This document shows positions 12,725 through 23,960 of a DNA stretch of 64,000 bases, in pieces. Position 1 is the stretch's first letter. Each line of letters begins with the position of its first letter. The stretch is from Antedon mediterranea (Eukaryota > Animalia > Echinodermata): assembly GCF_964355755.1 (NCBI RefSeq), contig NC_092673.1, positions 14,480,948 to 14,544,947 on the forward strand, given 5' to 3'. Under the pieces are notes generated by a model. The model was given only the letters and a program-made list of their open reading frames with translations. It was not told where the DNA came from and did not search any database. A program made the position numbers and the translations under genes.

Positions 12725-14750
12725 CACGTTTCTCCCGAGTTGACGGTTTTCCGCTATGAGATTGTGGGCTCTTACAGCCATCCCCCGGGACTGCGTGGTC
12801 TTATAATATGCCTCTTGTGTTGATAACTTGTGGGCCATATGGTCAGCAACCACAACTCTCTCCCTTTTGTCGCAGTGACCCCAGGACTGATGAAATTATT
12901 TAAAGAGAAGGTAATATGTATTGAGTTATTCTACACTTACAAATTGTGTCCCACATAATTCCCAAAACAAAATATAACTGATGGTTTATCACTTGAAAAT
13001 AATATTCGTCATCTGTTGTCATCTGTTTTAAAGTAATAAGTAACAATCACATACTAGAGTGGCTGCTGCCTTTCTCAAATTGGTGGGATTGATGGGCCTG
13101 GTGCTATTTGTTACTTCCGCGGGTCATTTCCTGAGCGCAACGGATTGTCGCCACTGTGCAGCTCAGGAAAAGCTGAATGAGTTGACCTGCAGTGCTTAAG
13201 GTATATTTCTGTCAAACGAGCCAGCTCTTCAGTTATAACTAAATTTGCTGCACCAAATTTACTAGATGTTTTATGCTTTGCAATCTGCAAAATCACTTAC
13301 TTATCATTATTAACATATAACATATAGACAACATAGCCAAATTGGTGGGTAAGGATGTTTTATAATTCACATTATATTCTTACTGTTCTATATAGCTTAC
13401 TTCATCGACTTCATCATATTTCTGTAGCTGTTGATTTGTGTAATGACAGCCCACTGAACAACTTACACTGTGTACAACAACCAAAACATGTAAACTTTTA
13501 ATTCATATATTCAACAATACATTAAAAAATGTATATTGTACTCACTTTCATAACTGACATGCCATGTGTGGCTGCTGTTCGTTTATAATATTGCTCCAAT
13601 GTAGCATTTTCCAGAACACCAGTCCTACAACCATTGTTCATGGCCAGAAGTAGCATTGTGAATGCGGAGGAACCGCTTAGATGGGTTTTGCAGACTCTCC
13701 CCATTCTTTATCCTTTCTGAAAGTTTGATAAACAGTTTTTTTAATACCAACTATATTTGGTTAAGGAACCATTTTTAGTAATAAATGTCTATTGAATCAA
13801 ACTTATACTTAACTTAACATCAGTAGATTTGTATTATAAGTAATTCTATAAAAAATTAGTAATAACATACAATATGATAAATCTTATGATTATGAATACA
13901 TTTTATGGATAAAGAATCATCCAAAAAAAAACATACCAACTATGCTTTTAATTGTTTTCTCAGATTTTCTGAGATAATGGGATTGTCCGTCCGCCGAAAC
14001 TAGATCAGCTTAAAAGAAAATTAAAACATATTATTATTATTTCAATTTAAATGATATGACTTTCAAACATTTGATAAAAAGAAAAAATTTTAATTCAGTA
14101 GATGTTATACCTTCATTTTTTTCATGTTTTTTTTCCTTCTTTTCAGAAATGCGCTTTCTGAGAGATTTGCTCAGGCCTTTGCAAGCATCTTTGGACTTTT
14201 ACATTTCGGCAAGCGAAACAGATTTCGATTCATATAGAAATGTAGTCCAATATCTTGACAAAGGAGCACAGGTAGTGCCTTAAAGTGGGGCCAGCCAGCT
14301 TCATTTGTAAATGGACAGCACTAAACAATTATTTTTAAAAAAATGAAAAGAAGAGTACAATATTAAAATATGTAATATCTTCATTATAGTAATTAAGATC
14401 GAGTGATTCATGGTAGCTTCACATGGTAGCAGGCCTAATAACACAATAAATACAGATAACTTTTTATTTTAATGTTATTATGAAATTTAAATTGTTTGGC
14501 TTCTTCCTTTTTCTGTTAATATAATTGTAATAAAAAAAGGTTACATCTTTATTTTCTTTGGAGAATATCCCTTCTCCCCTGCTTCACTCCATATTCCCTC
14601 GATCTCCTTGATGACCTGTGCTGCATGCTTTGCAGGTATTATTAATGTCTCCAACATGTAGGCCTTGAACCCGCTCATTGTTGTAGATGGCTCTATAGAA
14701 GTTATAAAGACTTTAATGACATTAAAAATAAGTCCATTCTTGGAAAACAA
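12725..14750 (-). pseudogene. Intron-containing tyrosine recombinase (Crypton-like)
   Basis: Exons: TLRHYLCSFVKILDY (core-binding region); LAMNNGCRTGVLENAT (R); IAKHKTSSKFG (K); PTNLRKAAATL (R); ADHMAHKLSTQEAYY (H...Y, exon 12725-12886, 54 codons). GT-AG introns at 13285-13545 and 12887-13054 keep the frame. Confidence 0.85.
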
Positions 14751-15039
14751 AGGATCCGACCCATGACATAATTATTATCAACAATAATAATAATAATAAG
14801 TATTAAACACCAAACTATTCTAATTACATATACCCGAAGGTATCACACAAAAAGGCCATTATAGTTGAATTTAGTTGATAGTTTTTTTAATTGCTTCACA
14901 AACACCTTCCATTTCTTGACCAATGTTATGCGAAATGTAGTTTTCAAAATCTTAACTATTTTATAGCAATATTATATGTCACTACAGAATGAGGTATAAA
15001 ATATCTATTATTTTCCACATTTTTTTCAAGGTGATATTA

Positions 15040-15744
15040 GTTTATGGACAAAAACTTGCCAGTTCATCAGTAGTAGGATTGATAATACCCAGATTGATTT
15101 CTTCCTCTACAGTTTCTTGTAGGTATAAATCAATATTACTAACATCTGGAGCTGTTGCATCATAATCGATCACAGGTTCATGTAACCAATGTTAATGTGT
15201 GCTCAGCAATTGCTTGAATTTGTACAAGTTCATCCTTCTTAAAACTAAAATTACAACTAAAACAGGGAAATTTCAGAAAATAATTTATTTGTGCAGTGTT
15301 TGCAAAAAAAGTGGCCACATGGTGTCTGAACGCTATCAAGAGACAAAATTCTACTGCAAATCAGGCATTCGTAAATTTGATCACATTCATTTAGGATTTT
15401 GAACTGCCGACTGATTGTGGCCAGCGGCAGAGGAACTGAAACAAAACTACCGCTTGTGCCTCTTTGAAAATTATGTTTCTTTCTTTGGTCTGGTCTTAGT
15501 TGATTTCTGTACAAGAAGCATGGTAAACATCTTCTTCATGTGGTTGATAATGAAATGGCGAAAGTCTTTATAAAACCTTGAATGGCAAGTTGAACAAAGT
15601 GCCTCTGGATTATTAGCATTTTCAATTGCAAACAAAGGTGGTATTTTCTTCATATTTGCAAAAGAGTACCTCTCATTTTTTTCTTAAATTTTTTTTCCTG
15701 TAATCAAAACATACAGATGACAATGCCTTCTCGTGAAACTCCAT
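15040..15744 (-). pseudogene. RAG1/Chapaev-like N-terminal zinc motif plus C3HC4 RING finger, frameshifted
   Basis: ATG at 15744 gives MEFHEKALSSVCFDYR...NPEALCSTCHSRF. The RING reads CLICSRILSLDSVQTPCGHFFCKHC...(frameshift)PCFSC. Confidence 0.7.
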
Positions 15745-16519
15745 CTGTGGGAAGATAGTATTTCACATTTGATACAGTAGCGAAATTCCAGTTGTAAACT
15801 AAATTATTATCTTATTCTAGGCCTAGGAAAATATGTATATTCAGTGAATATTAAAATTAATAAACTTTTTCTAAAATATTACCGTAACATAGGTTGAAAC
15901 AGCTGTGTGATATTATTTATTAGCTTTTGGTATTTATCCATTCCAATTTGGTTCATATGTATCCCATCAAGATGGATATAATTTACCAAACATGCCTTTG
16001 CCATTCTAAATTGTCATATTATCTGATTTAAATAAAACCTGTTCCAACAACTCATTAAGTTTACTTACTTTTAGTTTAAATGTTTGTAACGGAACCTAGC
16101 CACTCCGCATCCCTCCTGTCATGCCAAGTGTACAGGAAGAATCACTATTTGAATAGGCTCAATGCCATTAGTTTTAAGCCAGTTTATTAATTAGATCGTT
16201 AGACTATAGATTAACTGAACACAGTTCATATAGTTCCTAGATCAAGGAAATAGAATTTCAGGCTTCAAGTTACATATTTGTTTTAAATATTTATTACGAT
16301 TTAAGTAAAGTCTTGAAATAGTTAAGCCACCTTCACCAATGCATTTCAGTGAAATTGATTCCAAATGATCAGCTAATATTAACGAATAACTTTTTGGAAG
16401 GATGAAAACAGCACCTCAATGGCTTGTTTAGTCTCCCCATCTTCCCCAATCTTTCAACAGCTATAATAATATAAATAATAAATAAATAAATTCCAGGCAA
16501 GGATGACTATACAACTGAA

Positions 16520-17549
16520 GTCAAAATTGCACAATTAGCAGATGACACAGTTTTATTTCTAAAAAATGAAAACAGTATAAAGAATAGCATTTATAAAATC
16601 GTTGAATTTGGTCTTAAAGCTAAACAAAGAAAAAACCAATGCCATGTCGTTAGGGCGTTGGAAAAACAGAAAGAAGAACGAAAATTTGTTCAACATCACT
16701 TGGGTGTACAGTAGTTTTAAGATTCTAGGTATACATGTTGGCCATGACAAAGAAATATGTTTTACTAAAAACTGGTCTGAAAAAATTCAATCTTTTAAAA
16801 AAATGCTTGATACATGGCACAAAAGAAACCTCTCGATATTTGGCAAAGTTATGATTTTAAAAACACTGGGTTTAGCAAAGTTAATCTACAACGCAAGTAT
16901 TATAGATACCCCTGAATGCGTTTTAAATGAAGTCGATAAAATTGTATTCGATTTTATTTGGAATAATAAAACAGAAAAGATAAAAAGATTAACATTAATC
17001 AATGATTATAATAGTGGTGGAATAAATGCTCCAGACTTCAGATCTCAAGTCAAGGCACTACAAGTGTCATGGCTTAAAAGATTGTACAATGATGACACTT
17101 CAAAATGGAAGTGTTTACCTAAAATGTATTTTAACAAAATAGGTCCAAGAGAGGTTATTGAAAATATATCAAATGTAAAATATAAAGAAATGTTAAAGTA
17201 TTTAGCTGAATTCAATCAATATTCTGTCAAAATGTCACTTTCCTATGAACAAATTATAGAACAACCTATATGGGGCAACAACTTGATAACACACAATGGT
17301 TTCTCACTCCTTTATAGGAATTGGATTAGATCTGGTATAACAAAGATGAAACATATTATAATTGATAACAGATTTATTAATACAATTAATGAATTACTAT
17401 TTTTGTTAAATATCAAATCGAATTGGATTGCTGAATTGTCATGTCTACTAATAAAAGCAATACCACGAGAATGGAAAGATATAATTTATTCAAAAATTGA
17501 TAATGTAAAAGTTAACGAAGTTATATCAATACAGTATAGAAAAATGTAA
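16520..17549 (+). mobile_element. 5'-truncated Tx1/L1-clade LINE, RT C-terminal region
   Basis: QLADDTVLFL, KILGI, WHKRNLSIFGKVMILKTL and FIWNNK...SGGINAPDF...SWLKRL (ORF 16602-17549). Confidence 0.9.
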
Positions 17550-17625
17550 AGAACCAACCAACCGTACCACGCCGAGAATGTTAAAGGGTCGTTATCTGAT
17601 CGAGTTAAAGAACAATACCATGAAA

Positions 17626-17697
17626 GCCCCAGTGGTCTAATGGTTAGGGCAACTGCATATCAAGCAGACGGTCCGAGTTCGAGTCTCGGTTGGGGCG
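17626..17697 (+). tRNA. tRNA-like sequence, anticodon ATC (Asp-like); probably a SINE head or pseudogene
   Basis: Folds as GCCCCAG-TG-GTCT-AATGGTTA-GGGC-A-ACTGC-ATATCAA-GCAGA-CGGT-CCGAG-TTCGAGT-CTCGG-TTGGGGC-G. It has A and B boxes and is followed by a T5 run. Confidence 0.6.
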
Positions 17698-17995
17698 ACT
17701 TTTTCTCATTCTCACAGATTTCCTCATCTTTATCGTTTCAAAAATTAATTAAATAATTTTCAGTGTATCACCGAGCGGTTTGGAATTTATTTCTATGCCT
17801 GTTGTGTTTATATATATATAAAAGTATCTCGAGATCCCGCTTAGTGAATACATATACTGAATTATAGATGAGGGCGTATCAATTTGATCTCTGGTGCGCG
17901 TTCGTACAACTGAGGACTAGTTGTGTTCCAACCGTACCACGCCGAGAATGTTAAATGGTCGTTATCCGATCGAGTTAAAGAACAATACCATGAAA

Positions 17996-18067
17996 GCCCC
18001 AGTGGTCTAATGGTTAGGGCAACTGCATATCAAGCAGACGGTCCGAGTTCGAGTCTCGGTTGGGGCG
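17996..18067 (+). tRNA. Second copy of the tRNA-like (ATC) sequence
   Basis: Same 72-nt cloverleaf as 17626-17697, followed by T4. Confidence 0.6.
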
Positions 18068-18389
18068 ACCTTTTCTCATTCTCACAGATTTCCTCATCTT
18101 TATCGTTTCAAAAATTAATTAAATAATTTTCAGTGTATCACCGAGCGGTTTGGAATTTATTTCTATGCCTGTTGTGTTTATATATACTATATATATATAT
18201 ATATATTTGACCGAATTGTTTCGAACAAATCGTACTAAAGATAAAAGAAAGTACAAGAAAATAACAGAACAGAATAACAAGGGAATATATATTTGGATGA
18301 AGTGTAAAATCATTGTATTGATCATTTGAGAATGAAATGAATAAAATAGTGGTTAACGCCACAAAAGAGAGAAAAAAAAAAATATAAAT

Positions 18390-19780
18390 AAATTAAAACA
18401 TCCTAAGCAAAACTTTCTCACCTCTCGGAAACCCAGTGGCATCCTGCGACCAACTCTCAAAACATCCCTCTATCACTCGGCAAATTGGTCCAGTGAAAAA
18501 TTTGTCGATGAAACCGAAAGCACAGCTAGCTCCACTCATAAAAAGGGAGACTCCCACATCAGCAAGCACTGCTTTCATCAGAAGATTCTCATCCTTGACT
18601 CTATCAAAAAAGACGGCAATTCTTTTGATAGAGCAAAGACCCCAGCACCGTTGTGAAAGATCTATTACCTTTAAATGGAGCTAGGGGAACCTCTTGCTTA
18701 CCATACTCCGTACTAAGGAATGTCCTGAATGCAACCATTGACTATGATGCAACAGGTTTGCCACTTTTCTCACACCCTCTATCTTGTACACTCTTACACA
18801 CAGTCCTAACCATACGTACTGTCCCACTTTCTCCCCCTTTACAGTTAAACACTGCAAAGCTGCAGCACTTCTCTTCCCCTATTACCACCTTCTCCCACAC
18901 TTGCAAGCTTTCATTAGCTTGATCAGCAAGACCCACCAGAAAGTGAAGGCTGCAAAACAATGATTTAACCTGTTCTCCTTCGTTTAACCTATCCCATTGG
19001 GCAACACCCCTTCCCTATACTTCTATTAAACTTATGCTGTGTTGCGCACCTATCACTTATCACATTCTTAGCACTAGCAACTATCCTCTCTGCCATTTAA
19101 TTATCCATCTGTTCTCACCAACTTATCAAAAATGTCAGTTGAAATTAGCTTCTTTAAAAATTTTTCACAGATAAACCTTTAGTTAGGGATACTAATTATC
19201 CATCTGTTCTCACCAACTTATCAAAAATGTCTTTCAGCACATCCACAACTGATTCAGCTAACCGGAGGCTGTTTCCCTTACCCAAAGGAGTAGTGCTTTG
19301 TTGTTACATCATATACAAGGTAATGATGTCCAAATTTTGTTGTGCCATCACTGCACAAAGTGGTGTTAGAACTACCACCATCAATCAAAATTTCATCTAT
19401 AATATGTAAATGAGCAAGACCTCCGGCTTCAAGAAACGATTTTTTTGGCAAGCGAGTAGCATCCACCCCTTCCATTTTTTAAGGACCATTCACACAATTG
19501 CATCCACATTACGGATGCACATTACGGATGCCTATACCTAGTTTAAGGAGATCTACATATACATACCTTACATTATTTGTGTATTTACCCTCCTGAAAAG
19601 TTTCTAATTTATGGTCAACTGAGACCCTATTTTAAACTCTAATCTGGTGTTGTATAGTTATCTTAAATCCCTGTCACAATATTACTGCCCGACACAAACA
19701 CAAACTAGTAATAATATGTTTAAATGATTTAATAGTCCAAAATACAGTTTGTTTAAAACGGATATATTCAATGCACAACT
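18390..19780 (-). mobile_element. Degenerate hAT-like DDE DNA transposon, copy 3 (retains the more C-terminal part)
   Basis: SDGTTKFGHHY, FCSLHFLVGLADQANESL (CxxH motif), ESGTVRMVRTVCK, LAPFKGNR, LMKAVLADV...DKFFTGP. Confidence 0.7.
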
Positions 19781-20069
19781 AGATTTAATTCGTCACTATG
19801 ACGAATTATAGGTTATATGCATTGATTTAAATAAAGATAAATGATTGATTTAAGATATTTAGATTTTCTCAGAATCTTTAGTTATTTATAATATATGATA
19901 GGATCTTGCTAACGCAAATACAATAGCCGGTATCATAATCCGATCAAAGATCCTTCTGCGTATATAATGTCATAAACCACATTTGTGTTTTTAAATAAAT
20001 TTCATTATAAATCGTCTGTATAATCTATACACTAAGAAATACAATTGAACAAACAATACGGGTAATAAA

Positions 20070-20170
20070 AAAAATCTTATTTCGTTTCGTTTCCCAAGGT
20101 GAGACTCGAACTCGGTACCTTGAATGCTATATTCCTCCGTGTATTTACTATGCAGTAACCACTTTGGTGC
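20070..20170 (-). other. Degenerate tRNA-like / Pol III B-box sequence within an insertion
   Basis: Minus strand carries CCGAGTTCGAGTCTC (T-arm/B box) followed by a T run. The D and anticodon arms do not fold cleanly. Confidence 0.35.
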
Positions 20171-20344
20171 AGATAGATTATTACATACCGCAATGAATTA
20201 TAATGTTTTACTATGATGACATCTTTAAAGATTTTTTAAAATGATGCACTGTCAAACTATATACTTTTAACTTTAATATATGAACTTCTTAAGGAAGAAA
20301 GTTAATGTTAAGTTTGTTATTTCGGCCTAAGAAAATGTGATCCA

Positions 20345-21990
20345 ATTCCTAAATGCTATATTCGACTTCAAATAGGTGCTAGACTGAAGCATTTATAATG
20401 CTTCACAGTCTCAGCTTTGGCGATGTTTCGCAATAATGTGAGGACAACACCGCTGGAATGGTTAAGCTTATGCTTACTTGCTTTTAACCAGTGGATCCAC
20501 GCCTGAGAAAAATTTTGCCCAGGATTCCAGTCCTTGAATTTACTCAAAGCCCTTGCGATTGTTTTGTGCTATTCGTGTATAGTGGCAAAAACGCCGACGA
20601 CACAATAGTCCACATTTGTTTTTACACACAAAAGAAAATCGGCACAGCGTATCGAGTTGTTCTATATGTTGCGTCCATAAGGCATACTTCCCCTTCGTAA
20701 CATTTCAGAAGTTGCCCCTGAAACTTTGATTGGTAAATGAATAGAAAATCAGAATTGCCTGTCGTTAATGGTTCGAAATGGTCTTGTCATAAGTTTCATG
20801 TATATTCTGAAAGAGTGTTTAGTTAATAGATGCAATTTTTATTTTCTTGTTGATTGCTAATAATTAAAGTGTTAGATATATTCTTTATATTATATTATAT
20901 TTCCATAATAAAATAAACATCTTTCGGGATACAAACATTTTAAACAGAAATTAAATCTTACCACATTTCTCCCGAGTTGACGGTTTTCCGCTATAAGATT
21001 ATGGGCTCTTACAGCCATCTCCCTGGACTGCATGGCCTTAAGGGCCATATGGTCAGTTAAACCACAACTCTTTATTTTTTGGTGCAGTGACCCCAAGACT
21101 GATGAAAGTAGTTAAAAAGAAGGTAATATGTAACAAATTAATTAATTTATTAATTTAATTAGGTGTATTAACACTAGAAAATAATATTCGTCATCTGTTG
21201 ATAGGTTTAAAGTAATAAATCACATACTAGAGGAGCTGCTGCCTTTCTCAAATTTGTCGGAATGATGGGCCTGCTGGAATTTGTTACCTCCGCCCAGTTG
21301 CGGGTCATTTCCTGAGCCCCAGTGCAACCTAGGAACAGGTGGTCGATTGCTGATTGTATTGGCCTACAGTACTTGATGTATATTTCTATTAAATCAGCCA
21401 GCCCTTCAGTTATAACTAAATTTGCTGCACCAAATTTACTAGATGTTTTATGCTTTGCAACCTGCAAAATCACTATACTTATCATTATTAACATATAACA
21501 TATAGACAACATAGCAAAATTGGTGGGTAAGGATGTTTTATAATTCACATTATATTCTTACTGTTCTATATAGCTTACTTCATCGACTTCATCATATTTC
21601 TGTAGCTGTTGATTTGTGTAATGACAGCCCACTGAACAACTTAAACTGTGTACAACAACCAAAACATGTTAAACTGTTAATTTATATATTCAACAATACA
21701 TTAAAAAATATATATTGTACTCACTTTCATAACGGAGATGCCATTTGTGTGGCTGCTGTTCGTTTGTAATATTGCTCCAATGTAGCATTCGCCAGAACAC
21801 CAGTCCTACAACCATTGTTCATGGCCAGAAGTAGCATTATGTGAATGCGGAGGAACCGCTTACATGGGTTTTGCAGACTCTCCCCATTCTTTATCCTTTC
21901 TGAAAGTTTGATAAACAGTTTTTTAATACCAACTATATTTGGTTAAGGAACCATTTTAGTAATAAATGTCTATTGAATCAAACTTATACA
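20345..21990 (-). pseudogene. Second copy of the YR-MULE chimeric gene (catalytic YR exons plus MULE first exon)
   Basis: Colinear with 12064-13810. ORF 21207-21548 keeps VAKHKTSSKFG...PTNLRKAAAPL in one frame, and the GRNV/gtaag...ttcag/ junction is retained. Confidence 0.85.
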
Positions 21991-22564
21991 TCAGTGTCAT
22001 CTGAACATAACATAGTCAGGACTGCCAACCTAAAAGAATGTAAATGTACAACGTACCTATATAATTTTGATTTGCATCATAATTAGGTTAAGAAATTAGC
22101 ATGGATTAAGACATACAGCGATAATTAAAGTATTTTAAAACAATTACAAAGTAAATAAACATGCTTGCGGTTTTCTGGTGGATGATGTTAATATGACATT
22201 GTAGGCCACATAAGGATTTGAAGATGGGTGATTAGCATAGATTAATTTAAAATAAAACAAACACACAAACACATTCTATGAAATATTAACAAAATAATAA
22301 ATAATTGTGTACTGCATGTCAAAATTTGAACCTGAAACATAGTACAGGTGCTCTACGACTTGAGCTATGATAGCCTTTCCTAAATAATAGATTTTTGTAA
22401 TTAAGATACATACTTATTATTAATATTTAATAAAATAAACAATAACAAAATAATTATAATAGTTGGAAATACATTACTCTACATACTATTTCTTGTTCTG
22501 CAATAAAACAAAAAAAATTAATTTAAAATTTGATTGAAGTTAAAGTTGAATGAATTTTAACTTA

Positions 22565-22760
22565 CAGGGAATTTATGTTTCCTTTGCAGGTGCATGTCGT
22601 ATCTTGCCAGATTTTTTGCAGAACATCCAGGCACACTGCAAGAATGTCTGGGTGTTTTCTTATTATGCTCTTGCTTATCTAACTTTAAATGATACACTTA
22701 TCAGTTTTCAATAACCCAATCACAGCATTCAATTCACCCAAAAATGGAAACCCTTGAGCT
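22565..22760 (-). pseudogene. C2H2 zinc-finger exon relic
   Basis: RHSCSVPGCSAKNLARYDMHLQRKHKFP followed by a gtaagt donor. Confidence 0.6.
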
Positions 22761-23649
22761 AGCCCAAAATGAATATTCTATTAAAAAGAACTACAACTAA
22801 AATAAATAAAAATATGTAATTTATACTTAACAATTTTATTTATAATTTAGCTGATAACAACATAACAAAAACTGTTCATAATGAACTAAGTACTCACCTT
22901 TTTCTGGCATCAGAAACCATGTTTTTAATAATGTCTGTGTTTCTAATTTTGTGGGCCTTTTCCAGATGACTGGCACGGTAATCTTAGTCAAGCACCTATA
23001 AAGAATGCATGTTAACGCTTTTCTGTTCTGTAAAGGCAAAATAAACCATGACGACTTTGAACGAATGCTTTAAGGTCTATTAATTATCAACCAATATCAA
23101 AATGTAAAATCTTATGTTATATTCAATAAAAAAAACATTTCAGAGAAGTTAAATATTTTAAGACTTCTTCCTAGCTTTCTTCTTCCACATTCTCTTCTCC
23201 ATCGCTTTCATCTTCCGCGTTATCTCCTTCCTCTTTTTCTTCTTGAATTTGTGATTCAGCCCAAGAGCATTTCAGTATGGGATGAGTTGGCTGATTTAGG
23301 AGATCAGATTTGTAAAGATGTACATTTTATAAAAAGCGATCTAACATTTAAAAAACTTCAAAAATACCAACAACTGACACAGCAATAACAACTATAAACA
23401 TCATAAAATGTGGACGTTTCAGCATACAAAGAAGGCACTTGGTTATTCAATACAAATTAATGTTAGGATAATATGCTAAAAGGTAATTAAAAATAACTAG
23501 GCCTATAGCCTTACCTTTCCTCAAAACAGTCTGCAACGATCGAATTGCTATATACATGTGAATTAAAAAATTTAAAATACCTCTTAGTGAATGAGGCTGA
23601 ATGCCAGTGATTACCTAACTTCTGAAAATTCTTCTGTCGCGGGTGCATC

Positions 23650-23960
23650 TGAAATCGGCATAATTGCACCCAAAAAACAGGTTGCATCTTGCATATGCTG
23701 ATCGACTGCTGCTGTTTAGCCTTGAAAAGTTGCAATGTGCTCTCCTTCTCCCCCCCCCCCCCCCGCCTCTCCCCATCAAATTTAAAATTAGCTTATCGAT
23801 TTCTGTTTCTTCTGGGTTTATCCCACTTGCTCTCTCTTATTCGTTTTTTTAATAGCTTTGGCTTCCAAGTACTGTATATTCTACTGGTCTTCAGACTGCT
23901 CTTGCATCCATTAAAATTGATTTGTTTTTTTAGTTCTCCAGCAATCTCTTTTCCATGTTC
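23650..23960 (-). mobile_element. Harbinger-type Myb/SANT accessory protein fragment
   Basis: RASGINPEETEIDKLI motif, as in invertebrate Harbinger ORF2 proteins (recalled consensus). Confidence 0.5.

Larger units (their letters stand above)
17557..18206 (+). repeat. Tandem duplication (370-bp period) with (TA)n tails, carrying a tRNA-like unit
   Basis: 17557-17820 is nearly identical to 17927-18190, and each copy ends in a TA microsatellite. Confidence 0.9.
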
